A stretch of 34,024 nt of DNA from the IMG/VR virus record IMGVR_UViG_3300017761_003648, positions 1-34,024 of that record; one strand, given 5' to 3'. The position numbers and the translations under genes were made by a program. Below the pieces are notes generated by a model. The model ran no database searches and was not told the DNA's origin. It was given only the letters and a program-made list of their open reading frames with translations. Below are positions 17,511-26,034 of the stretch, piece by piece (position 1 is the stretch's first letter; every line of letters starts with the position of its first letter). Source of the stretch: a virus (taxonomy: Duplodnaviria; Caudoviricetes).

Positions 17511-19403
17511 TTATGGTACTATTCCGTAAATCTGAGCATTTTCCATTCTCCGATTTCCTGGAGCAACTGCAGAAAATGATGGAATTTCAGAACCACTTGC
17601 TTTTCGAGTTGGTGATGAAGCATTTTCTATTGTTGGTGGAAGAGTAATAACATTCGGTTTTCCTTTTGATGATGGACCAGGTATTGGACCTTTATAATAA
17701 CCTCGTTTGGATGCCTCTTGAAGAGTGCTGCTGCTGCCTGCTGCTTCTGGAAATAACATGTCACCAACTACAGGAGCGTTTAATACTCCCAGAGCTTTCC
17801 CTAATAATCTTGTCGCACCAAATGCGAGTGATTTCATCATAGTTGGTGTTGATTTTGTCAGCAAAGGCATTAATGATTGTGCTTTTGCTCCAGTATATTT
17901 TCCAGATAAAATTCCTTCAGCAATACTCAGTCCTCTGTTTGCTTGTTTTGATGAAACAACCGTGGCACCTCTTAAAGTTCTTGCTGTGTTAGGAACTAAC
18001 ATATCAAGTCTTGATCCTTTACCAGGCATAATTCCTTTTGCTAATCCAGCACCGCGATAAGTATCAGCAACCCACCCCTTAAGACTTCCATATACTCCTT
18101 TTCCAAGCATTCCAGTTTGTTCTCTAAATCCGGTAGAACGAATTGATTCTGCAGCACTAGAACTAGTTCCGTGCATAATCCTCATCAAATCGGCACCTCT
18201 TAGTCCTTTACCAACCATTCCACCATTTGCTGACAATTGAATATTATTTGCAAATTTTGGTTTATTTGCATTAGGACCACCAAACATTCCATTTAAATTA
18301 AGCAGGTTACCTGCACCAATTGCTTTTACAGCAGCACGATTCATTACAATTTCGCCTGGTTGTAATGCAGTTAATTGGGTGTCAGGACCCGCACCAGAAA
18401 TTTTTAATCCGGTATTCTGATCAATAAACCCACCAGAAGCATACATTGCACCAGGAAGTGAAAATGGAAGAGAATCTTTAGGTCCTCCTGGTTTGTTTAA
18501 TGCTTCCTTGCCAAAATATGCTCCTAATTTTTGATACCAAGGAGCTTCTTTAGATTTTAATGTTTCATCTAAGGTCTTTTCAGTTTTTCCAACTAGCGGT
18601 TTTACTCTTTCAATTTCTCTTTGCCTAGCAACATATCCCAAAACAGCTGCAGTAACTAATGGAACTCTAATTCCAATAAGTGCAGTCTGACCAATAATAG
18701 TTCTTATAAAAGATCCAAGGGGAGTAAAAAATAAACCAGCGGTGACAAGTAAAGCGGGCCAAAAATCTTTAATAAATTGACCTAATGCAGCAACTTTTTT
18801 TTTATTTTCTGGATTTGCCAACCAGGTCAGTGCTTCATTAATCCCTCTACCAAGAAAAGTATAAAACACATAATTAAAGATCGCATCAAATATTCCTCGG
18901 ATTGGAGCAAATAGTTTTTTAGCTGCTGCTATAACTTTTTTTGTGCCTGCTTCTAAAGACTTTTCTTTTGTTTCTCTTTTTTTATTTTCTTCTTCTTTTC
19001 TATTTTCTTCTGCTCCTTTTCTATCTTCTTTACTCTGATCACTCAAGTTTTCTGAAATTGATTCAACGATCTTACCAATGCTTTCTAAAGATTTTACAAT
19101 TGGAGCAGAACCAACTCCTCTTCCTGCAGGAAGAAGTTTTTGGCCCATTCTTCCAATAGATGTTATATTATTTACGTTGATTGATTTTGCTTTTGGTTTA
19201 AAACGACCAACCTTTCCTCTTACTCTTTTTCTTTCATTTGCAAGAACTGCTAGTTCTTCTTGTGGTAAAGTATCCCTTCCTTTAACTTGCGCTTCTCTTA
19301 GAAGAATAAGATATGTGTCATAATCCAAGTCAAAAGTTTCCTCAAGACCAACAAGTCTTAGAATCTTTGCATCAATAGTTTCTGTAACTAACTGGTCACG
19401 CAT
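17511..19403 (-). CDS. Tape-measure-like (gp29-like) virion protein with a putative ADP-ribosyltransferase domain, 630 aa
   Basis: Coiled and hydrophobic helices; tape-measure-type motif ASGG...GAGPDTQLTALQPGEIVMNRAAV; then MHGTSSSAAESIRSTGF...GMLGKGVYGS...ADTY. Confidence 0.65.
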   Translation of the reverse strand: MRDQLVTETIDAKILRLVGLEETFDLDYDTYLILLREAQVKGRDTLPQEELAVLANERKRVRGKVGRFKPKAKSINVNNITSIGRMGQKLLPAGRGVGSAPIVKSLESIGKIVESISENLSDQSKEDRKGAEENRKEEENKKRETKEKSLEAGTKKVIAAAKKLFAPIRGIFDAIFNYVFYTFLGRGINEALTWLANPENKKKVAALGQFIKDFWPALLVTAGLFFTPLGSFIRTIIGQTALIGIRVPLVTAAVLGYVARQREIERVKPLVGKTEKTLDETLKSKEAPWYQKLGAYFGKEALNKPGGPKDSLPFSLPGAMYASGGFIDQNTGLKISGAGPDTQLTALQPGEIVMNRAAVKAIGAGNLLNLNGMFGGPNANKPKFANNIQLSANGGMVGKGLRGADLMRIMHGTSSSAAESIRSTGFREQTGMLGKGVYGSLKGWVADTYRGAGLAKGIMPGKGSRLDMLVPNTARTLRGATVVSSKQANRGLSIAEGILSGKYTGAKAQSLMPLLTKSTPTMMKSLAFGATRLLGKALGVLNAPVVGDMLFPEAAGSSSTLQEASKRGYYKGPIPGPSSKGKPNVITLPPTIENASSPTRKASGSEIPSFSAVAPGNRRMENAQIYGIVP

Positions 19404-19560
19404 TTTGTTGCTGCTTGAGTCGTTCTTCGTCTAAATGCTGTTGTAGTAAGGCAACATAGATGTCTCGTTCCCAAGGCATCAAGTTTTCTATCTCAGTTAA
19501 TGAATATTTATGATATTGAATCAGAGAAAAGTTAATCTTATAATATGATTCTAGGTCCAT
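19396..19560 (-). CDS. gp51: Baseplate hub assembly catalyst gp51-like (54 aa from its own ATG; possibly made as a gp26 frameshift extension)
   Basis: Not in the ORF track. Manual translation MDLESYYKINFSLIQYHKYSLTEIENLMPWERDIYVALLQQHLDEERLKQQQNA, with the typical 'HKYSL.EIE.L.PWER.IY' motif. Confidence 0.85.
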   Translation of the reverse strand: MDLESYYKINFSLIQYHKYSLTEIENLMPWERDIYVALLQQHLDEERLKQQQNA

Positions 19561-19584
19561 ATGGACCAGGCCTATGCGAAAAAA
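19554..19584 (-). promoter_or_regulatory. Candidate -1 programmed ribosomal frameshift signal
   Basis: In-frame T_TTT_TTC heptamer (19584-19578) followed by the palindrome GGTCCATATGGACC (19567-19554). The -1 frame is open and joins gp51. Confidence 0.6.
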
Positions 19585-20291
19585 TTGGAAAGACCCTCCA
19601 AAACCACCTCACTTTCCACACCACTCTTTGGATTTTTAACCGTGACGGTATGAGACAGTTTAGGCATTGTTTCAAAGAATTTTTCAATTTGTTGAAACTG
19701 TGAGGCATTCATTTGATCAAGAAAATCTACCAATTCTTTCTTCGTCACATCAGCAGAACTCCAAACTTCATCTTCTTGGTAAATTTTATCAATGCAAGAA
19801 GCAACAAGATCAAATGATTGCTCCATTAAATTTGAACCAGTAAAATCAAAGTTTGATTTAATAAACTGATCCAATGATGGATATTTCAGTTCCATCATAA
19901 TTGAATCATCTACTTTGATCTGTTTGTTGTGATTCGCATTCTTAACGATTTTAATATCATCAACAGAAATTGTCACTGGGACACTAATATCTTCGTCATC
20001 TGGACAAATAACATTAACTTCAATTTCTTCCCCCACAGATTTACCACGAATATTTAAGAAAAGATATTCAATATCAAATGTAGGAAGATTTTCAATCTTA
20101 ATTCCTTTTGAGAGAATGCAGTTCTTAATAACTGTTTTGATTGCAGTTGTAATTTGCTTCATGTCCTCAGATTCTAATGCGAGAACAAGAAGTTTTTCTT
20201 CTCTAACTAAAAATGGTCTGTATTGAATCGTTTCTTCAGTTGATGGCAAATCCAACTCATATGTTGGTGTAGAAATTTTAGGTAAAGGCAT
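19572..20291 (-). CDS. gp26: Baseplate hub assembly protein gp26
   Basis: MPLPKISTPTYELDLPS...YRPFLVREEKLL...FDIEYLFLNIRGKSVGE...FFETMPKL is the gp26 signature. Confidence 0.9.
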   Translation of the reverse strand: MPLPKISTPTYELDLPSTEETIQYRPFLVREEKLLVLALESEDMKQITTAIKTVIKNCILSKGIKIENLPTFDIEYLFLNIRGKSVGEEIEVNVICPDDEDISVPVTISVDDIKIVKNANHNKQIKVDDSIMMELKYPSLDQFIKSNFDFTGSNLMEQSFDLVASCIDKIYQEDEVWSSADVTKKELVDFLDQMNASQFQQIEKFFETMPKLSHTVTVKNPKSGVESEVVLEGLSNFFA

Positions 20292-20313
20292 TGTATATTA
20301 TGATATATGTGAG

Positions 20314-20320
20314 TATTTAT
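20314..20320 (-). promoter_or_regulatory. T4-type late promoter (ATAAATA)
   Basis: GATAAATA about 23 nt upstream of the gp26 ATG. Confidence 0.7.
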
Positions 20321-21075
20321 CAACCAATGGGGGAGGTTGAAGTAAATGCAGTTGGTAAATCGGACAATCCTAAAGTATTATCATTTAAAACAGTTGGACT
20401 GGAATTATTAATTAACTGTTGTATCCAATATCTACTATAAGTAAATGATATTGTACATTTTAACAACTGAGATTGGTCATAGGATATTGGCATTGAATTG
20501 ATGCTAATCGGATATGCATTAATAAAATTATACTCCAATGCAGATCCAGATCCAGGAGATTTAAACTTGGATTGATCTAAATCAAAATCTCGTTCAAATT
20601 TTGTAATGCTCATCGAATCTGCATAATAATTTTGTGGAAAATTAACTCGATAATTATACGTCTTTTTAGTAATAGATTTCCCACCTTCACCATATTTCTC
20701 GTTTACAACATAACTAATCCAAGATTCAAAAAATTTAATGACATAATATTTTTCAGCATCAACATAAAAAGTAAAATCTGTACGATCATCATATGATCTA
20801 CGATATGCATGTCTCTCAGTCACTCCAGTATAATCATTATTAATTTCATGAGTCATTACCGAACTTCCTGGCAATGAAGCTTCTGAACATGCTAATGATA
20901 AAAAATCGTAACGATTTGATGGATCGTTGCTAGTAAATAATTGGTTTAATCTACCATCCAAAAATCCAGTTTTGGGTGGTTGAAAATAGCAAAGAAAATG
21001 TGAAGTCAGAGCAGGTCGAAGCAACTTACTCTTAATTTCGGACATTTTGACCGTATTTATGGGTGCTCCTGCCAT
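20320..21075 (-). CDS. Tail tube-fold protein (gp19/gp54-like tube initiator)
   Basis: CSEASLPG...FTFYVD...FFESW...NAYPISINSMPISY...CTISFTY is a tube-protein pattern. Confidence 0.7.
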   Translation of the reverse strand: MAGAPINTVKMSEIKSKLLRPALTSHFLCYFQPPKTGFLDGRLNQLFTSNDPSNRYDFLSLACSEASLPGSSVMTHEINNDYTGVTERHAYRRSYDDRTDFTFYVDAEKYYVIKFFESWISYVVNEKYGEGGKSITKKTYNYRVNFPQNYYADSMSITKFERDFDLDQSKFKSPGSGSALEYNFINAYPISINSMPISYDQSQLLKCTISFTYSRYWIQQLINNSSPTVLNDNTLGLSDLPTAFTSTSPIG

Positions 21076-21076
21076 T

Positions 21077-21107
21077 TATAAATATTTTACCGGACATATT
21101 ATGTATA
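21077..21107. promoter_or_regulatory. Opposed late promoters in the intergenic region between the tube-like gene and gp4
   Basis: Plus-strand TATAAATA at 21077-21084 (for gp4); minus-strand variant TATACATA at 21107-21100 (for the tube-like gene). Confidence 0.6.
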
Positions 21108-21113
21108 TGGGTA

Positions 21114-21557
21114 ATGGCAGAAAGTATTAAAAGTCACTATCAACCAACATATCCCAATAAGTATCAAGGTGACCCCAATAATATTATTTGCAGGAGTAGT
21201 TGGGAAAGAGTGTTTTGTCGTTGGTGCGATTTGAATGAAAATATCATAGCATGGGGATCGGAAGAAATTCGTATCAAATATTATGATCCAGTGAGAAAGA
21301 AGATTAGAACTTACTTTCCAGATTTTATTATTAAAGTCAAGGAAAGTACTGGACAAATTAAAAAATATATTATCGAGATTAAACCCAAAAAACAAACTGA
21401 ACCACCAAAATCAAAGTCAAGATCAACAAAATCTTATATCCATGAAGTATACACTTATGCGACAAATCAAGCAAAGTGGGAAGCCGCAGAAGAATATTGT
21501 AAGGACCGCAGGATTGAGTTCAAGATCATCACTGAACACGAACTTGGAATCAAGTAA
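21114..21557 (+). CDS. gp4: Head completion protein gp4 (TnsA-like PD-(D/E)xK nuclease fold)
   Basis: KYQGDPNNIICRSSWE...WGSEE...YFPDF...IEIKPKKQT...NQAKWEAA...FKIITE; start at ATG 21114. Confidence 0.92.
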   Translation: MAESIKSHYQPTYPNKYQGDPNNIICRSSWERVFCRWCDLNENIIAWGSEEIRIKYYDPVRKKIRTYFPDFIIKVKESTGQIKKYIIEIKPKKQTEPPKSKSRSTKSYIHEVYTYATNQAKWEAAEEYCKDRRIEFKIITEHELGIK

Positions 21558-21907
21558 TGGCATCTTCAAGAGTTAAAAGACTTCAGCAGAAATTAGATGG
21601 TTCTGAAGATGCAGAACTCATCATGATGAATATTCTTGAAATTTTTACGGAATCTGAATTTATTCCTGACGTGGGTAAATACTATACTTTTGCATATTTA
21701 CCAAAAACTTCAGATATTACTTATGATGAACATCCCCTGGTTGCTGTGACTGCTGTAGAAAGATGGGGATTTAAAGGAATAAACTTTCATTGGGGAGCGT
21801 CTAGAAATTATACCTGGCAAGAAGTTGCTGGCAAAATGCACATAATAAAACCTAATGAGATTGATTATCTTCGTTCTTTGCGTTATGAAAAAATCATCAC
21901 TAAATAG
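21557..21907 (+). CDS. Short gp2-like DNA end protector protein
   Basis: GKYYTFAYLPKT...YDEHPLV...GFKGINFHW; follows gp4. Confidence 0.65.
   Translation: MASSRVKRLQQKLDGSEDAELIMMNILEIFTESEFIPDVGKYYTFAYLPKTSDITYDEHPLVAVTAVERWGFKGINFHWGASRNYTWQEVAGKMHIIKPNEIDYLRSLRYEKIITK
21900..21906 (+). promoter_or_regulatory. Late promoter (CTAAATA)
   Basis: Lies 16 nt upstream of the gp48 ATG. Confidence 0.6.
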
Positions 21908-21922
21908 GTAAAAAACCATCTA

Positions 21923-23350
21923 ATGTCTACAAAACTGCAAGAAATATATTCAAATGGAACTGGTCCCAAGTTAAATGGAACTCAGTTGTTTTTTAGGACT
22001 ATAACAAAATATAATGTAGATAATAACGGAAAAGTTATTAATTCAAGGATCTTTGTTTATTATAGTGCAAAAGCTTTTGCTAGATCCAATACGGGTGCAG
22101 GTTGGAAATCTGGAGACATAGATGGACAGGGATTTTACATTGGTGGTTATACTCTTGCTGCTGACTCAGTTGACAAGGGAAAAACGTTTACACCAAAAAA
22201 TTACACTCAAGAGGATGCTGATAGTGGCACCATTCCGCCCGGAAAAAATATTGGAGATCCAGTTTTAAGTCCCCAAGCAATGGCATCGCTGAATGCTCCA
22301 AAAGGAGTATTAAATCAAGAAATTAATAATTCTGTTATTAATACTGCGGTTAAAATAAAATCGGGATTAGCTGCGCAATTATCTGCAAAATTAAAAAATA
22401 CTCCACCAGATCCAAGCAAAACACCAACTGGGACTCAACCCCCTGCTGGTGGTGCGGCACCACCTGCAAAACCACTTAAAATTTCAACAGAAGCAAAAAC
22501 CACACAAAATGCGGGGAGTTACAATCCATCTGGTCTTCAAGCTTGGATATATCCAGAAGATTTGGGTAACAACGATCAGGATTATATCGAATTTCAAATG
22601 ATTGAGTATGGTGGATTAACTGAAATTGGCAAAAGAAATTTTGGTACAAATAACGATGGTACGACTAAAATTCTTGGGAGAGTATATTTGCCAATTCAAC
22701 CAACAATTTCTGACCTCAATACAGTTGATTGGCAAAACGATACAATCAATCCTTTGCAAGCAATGGGAGCAGAAGTTTCATCATCATTAGCATCCATCAG
22801 AAATTCGGATGTCAAAGGTGCTATGGATACTATTTTTAGGAGTTTAAATGATGATTCAGTAAGAAAGTACTTAACACTATGGGCAGCAGGAAAAGCTGTC
22901 GGAACTAACATTTTCTCAAGATTTTCTGGTGCTGTTGTTAACCCAAACTTAGAGTTACTCTTTAATGGTCCACAATTAAGACCTTTTAACTTTAATTTTA
23001 AATTATCTCCAAGAAGCGATCCTGAAGCAAAAACAGTTAAAGGGATTATTAGATTTTTTAAACAAGGAATGGCAGTTCGAAAAACAGAACAAGAATTATT
23101 CTTAAAGGCACCAAATGTTTTTAAGATAATATATAGAAATGGTAAAAACAAAGAGCATACATCAATCAATAAAATCAAAATCTGTGCATTACAACAATGT
23201 TCTGTTGATTATACTCCAGATGGCTCATATGCAACGTTTTCTGATAAAGAATCTACAATGACGCAGTATGGGTTGACTTTACAGTTTAGTGAACTTGAAC
23301 CAATCTTTAATGAAGATTATGTTGATTCTCAATCAGTAATCGGTTACTAA
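21923..23350 (+). CDS. gp48: Baseplate tail tube cap gp48
   Basis: VYLPIQ.TISD.N.VDW...NPNLELLFNGPQLRPFNFNFKLSPRS..EA...IIRFFKQ.M...CSVDYTPDG...FSELEP. Confidence 0.88.
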   Translation: MSTKLQEIYSNGTGPKLNGTQLFFRTITKYNVDNNGKVINSRIFVYYSAKAFARSNTGAGWKSGDIDGQGFYIGGYTLAADSVDKGKTFTPKNYTQEDADSGTIPPGKNIGDPVLSPQAMASLNAPKGVLNQEINNSVINTAVKIKSGLAAQLSAKLKNTPPDPSKTPTGTQPPAGGAAPPAKPLKISTEAKTTQNAGSYNPSGLQAWIYPEDLGNNDQDYIEFQMIEYGGLTEIGKRNFGTNNDGTTKILGRVYLPIQPTISDLNTVDWQNDTINPLQAMGAEVSSSLASIRNSDVKGAMDTIFRSLNDDSVRKYLTLWAAGKAVGTNIFSRFSGAVVNPNLELLFNGPQLRPFNFNFKLSPRSDPEAKTVKGIIRFFKQGMAVRKTEQELFLKAPNVFKIIYRNGKNKEHTSINKIKICALQQCSVDYTPDGSYATFSDKESTMTQYGLTLQFSELEPIFNEDYVDSQSVIGY

Positions 23351-23352
23351 AA

Positions 23353-24027
23353 ATGTCAAAACCATATTTTAGACAAGTTCCCAATTTAGAATATATTAGT
23401 CGTAACAAAGATGAACAGTACATCTCAAACTATGATAACGTAAAAAATCTTTTTAAAAGAGGAAAGATTCGTGAAGATATTTTTGGCAATCTTTCATTTT
23501 TTACCAAGTATCAAATTATTGGTGAGGAAAGACCTGATAATATTGCTTATAAATTTTATAAAGAATCATCCTTAGATTGGGTAGTTCTTTTATCAAACAA
23601 TATTTTGAATATTCAAACAGAATGGCCAATGACGCAACTTACATTTGACAAGTATCTATTAGAAAAATATACAGATTATAATACATTATATAATGGAGTC
23701 CATCACTATGAGACAGAAGAAATCCTGAATGTGCAAGGACTTGTAATTATACCAAAAGGAACTTATGTTGATTATGGATACTCAATCACTTATTATGATT
23801 CTGGATTGGGACAAGAAGTTACAAAATCAAATCTTGGAATACCAGTAACCAATTATGATTATGAGAATCAAATTCAAGCAGATAAGAGAAATATTTTTGT
23901 ATTAAAACCAATTTATTTAAATGTACTGTTCAACGACTTAGATAATATTATGCCATACAAAAAAGGTGGAGATCAATATGTGAACTCCACCTTGAAGAAA
24001 GGTGATAATATTAGATTATTTGAATAA
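23353..24027 (+). CDS. gp53: Baseplate wedge subunit gp53
   Basis: YFRQVPN..Y...GEERPDNIAY..Y....LDWVVLLSNNI....EWP...HHYET...TNYDYE...KRNI.VLKP. Confidence 0.92.
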   Translation: MSKPYFRQVPNLEYISRNKDEQYISNYDNVKNLFKRGKIREDIFGNLSFFTKYQIIGEERPDNIAYKFYKESSLDWVVLLSNNILNIQTEWPMTQLTFDKYLLEKYTDYNTLYNGVHHYETEEILNVQGLVIIPKGTYVDYGYSITYYDSGLGQEVTKSNLGIPVTNYDYENQIQADKRNIFVLKPIYLNVLFNDLDNIMPYKKGGDQYVNSTLKKGDNIRLFE

Positions 24028-24969
24028 TCACTCGTCAACCAGTTTCTGGAAATACTTCATCGCATCATCTTCATCCTCATCGACAGTAACTTGTGGACTA
24101 GGAAGAGAGGGTACAGACTTACTCTTCTGATAAGATACTTCCAGTTCCTCCATTATCTTATCTTCTTTAGAAGGAGTCTGAGCATATGATTCATACTCAT
24201 CTTCTTGCTCAGCAACAGCACGAGCTGCATTTTTTTGACCAAGAACGCTCTTCAGACGCTTTTCCAGATCTTCGTAGGACTTGAATTGATCAGGAGCAAC
24301 TACGGCAGCAAGAGAGTACTCTTTCTTCCAGATTGCTTCCATTGCATCATCATCATCAAGAAGAGGAGCAAGACGATCAAACTCAGACTTATCATAGTTC
24401 CAATAACCATCCTTCTTCACAATCTTCAGTTTGAAGTTTGCACCACCCCAGAAGTCAAAAGGATTGATTGGTTCTTCATCTTCAAATTCTGGTTGCATTG
24501 CATTTAGAATCTTGTCGAAGATCTTCTTACCAAACTTAAACAGGAACACTTTACCTTCATTCTGAGGGTTAGTAGGATCCTTTACCACATAAATGTTAGA
24601 GTAGTAAGACAGTTTACGTTTCTGCTTACGAACAGTTTCTTTATTTGCTTCAGTACCAGTATTCCACAGTTCGCGGTTGTACTCACCAAGAGGATCCTTA
24701 CCACCAATGGTAGTCAGAGAATTCTCAATATACCAACCACCAGTACCTTGGAATGCATGGGAATACATCTTCACCCAAGGAAGATCCTCACCATCAGGTG
24801 CAGGAAGGAAACGAATCACTGCAGAACCAACACCTGTTTTGTCCATTTCTGGTTTCCAGAAACGTTCATCAACACCATTGGAACCAGTGCTCATTTTCTC
24901 AACTTCTTTTACAAGTTTTTCGGTGAGAGAACCAAGTTTAGATTGTTTTTTAAGATTAGCAAAAGACAT
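24028..24969 (-). CDS. gp32: Single-stranded DNA-binding protein gp32
   Basis: DERFWKP..DK.G.G.AVIRFLP...WYIENSLTT...KRKLSYYSNIYVVKDP..P.NEGKVFL.KFGKKIFDKI; acidic tail. Confidence 0.97.
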   Translation of the reverse strand: MSFANLKKQSKLGSLTEKLVKEVEKMSTGSNGVDERFWKPEMDKTGVGSAVIRFLPAPDGEDLPWVKMYSHAFQGTGGWYIENSLTTIGGKDPLGEYNRELWNTGTEANKETVRKQKRKLSYYSNIYVVKDPTNPQNEGKVFLFKFGKKIFDKILNAMQPEFEDEEPINPFDFWGGANFKLKIVKKDGYWNYDKSEFDRLAPLLDDDDAMEAIWKKEYSLAAVVAPDQFKSYEDLEKRLKSVLGQKNAARAVAEQEDEYESYAQTPSKEDKIMEELEVSYQKSKSVPSLPSPQVTVDEDEDDAMKYFQKLVDE

Positions 24970-25012
24970 GTATACCTCGAATAAATTGGATTTGGCCTTT
25001 GTGTACTACGTT

Positions 25013-25041
25013 ATTCTAATCCTTCAGATCAGTTTTGTCAA
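25013..25041 (-). promoter_or_regulatory. Sigma70-type promoter for gp32
   Basis: TTGACA-17 nt-TAGAAT. Confidence 0.8.
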
Positions 25042-25360
25042 TCTGTTGACGCATCACATCAATCAATTTTGACATATTACCAAAAATGACATTCATATCA
25101 ACATTTGCGTCAAGACCCATCATTTCTGCAGATTCCGAAATTCTTTTTTTCATAGATTTTGCTTCTGGATCATCAGACAGACTCAGACGAGTATAAAGAA
25201 TTTGCTGTTTGTTCAACAATTTTTGAAGCAAATCAACATGCTTGATTTTATCATCCTTCGTCATCTTGAAGAATTGAAATACGTTATGATAAATTTCCTC
25301 CTGAAGTTTGGAAATTTTAGTCATCTCAGCACGGACGACTTCGGATTCAAAAAAACTCAT
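25016..25360 (-). CDS. DUF1825-like cyanobacterial/cyanophage protein
   Basis: MSFFESEVV...LYTRLSLSDDPEAK.MK resembles DUF1825. Confidence 0.7.
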   Translation of the reverse strand: MSFFESEVVRAEMTKISKLQEEIYHNVFQFFKMTKDDKIKHVDLLQKLLNKQQILYTRLSLSDDPEAKSMKKRISESAEMMGLDANVDMNVIFGNMSKLIDVMRQQIDKTDLKD

Positions 25361-25953
25361 TGGTCTCCCACAACAATTTCTTTCAAAATTTTGCGATAAC
25401 GCAGTACATCAATATTTAGAAAGGGAGAATACTTTTTCATTTTCAGACTGACAATCTCCCAAATCGGGTCTTTTAACTTTTTATCAAAGTTCTTCCCGAA
25501 CAGGAATATTCTATCACAGATTACCAAAGTTTCCAGGCTAATCTTCCCGCTCAGGAAACTTTTTAATATTTTTGGATGACCAGTTTTACATTCAAAAACT
25601 TCTTGAAATTTGTTTTCAGAAAACAAATTTTCAGTTTCTTCTTTAAAAACATAACTCAACGACTGAATCTTTTTTTGCCATTCTGTATAATTTCGATCAC
25701 CATCACGAATAATATTTCCAATCCACAAATTAGTAGGATCAGAGGCCATAACAAAATTGCTAATAAAAAAGTCCTCAATTTCTTTATCAGTTTTATTGCG
25801 GGATAGTTTTTCAAACCAGAATCGGTCTTTTCGTTTGTAAAAAGACTGGACACTCGCTTTGATTTTTCCACAATACTTTTGATAATCATAATTAGGTTGA
25901 GTAAAGTGATTCTTCAGCGCAATATAGGTTTTATAGGTATCAAAAGGCATCAT
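25357..25953 (-). CDS. gp59: Helicase loader gp59
   Basis: YKTYIALKNHFT...YDY.KY.GK...SFYKRKDRFWFEKL...ISLETL...KKYSPFL. Confidence 0.92.
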   Translation of the reverse strand: MMPFDTYKTYIALKNHFTQPNYDYQKYCGKIKASVQSFYKRKDRFWFEKLSRNKTDKEIEDFFISNFVMASDPTNLWIGNIIRDGDRNYTEWQKKIQSLSYVFKEETENLFSENKFQEVFECKTGHPKILKSFLSGKISLETLVICDRIFLFGKNFDKKLKDPIWEIVSLKMKKYSPFLNIDVLRYRKILKEIVVGDQ

Positions 25954-26034
25954 TCTAAAAAAAGTAATACGCGAAAATTTTTGCTGGAGTTTTTTTCGAC
26001 CAAAAATGGAATTAAAAGTTGATTTTGCTGGATG

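Noticed and set aside
21063-21113. GTG-started extension of gp4
   Set aside because: Overlaps the oppositely oriented gene's start and the late promoter; ATG 21114 is preferred.
22696-23178. 160-aa minus-strand ORF
   Set aside because: In-register antisense shadow of gp48.
24677-25072. 131-aa plus-strand ORF (also 24205..24507 and 24748..24984)
   Set aside because: Shadow ORFs antisense to gp32, explained by its codon bias.
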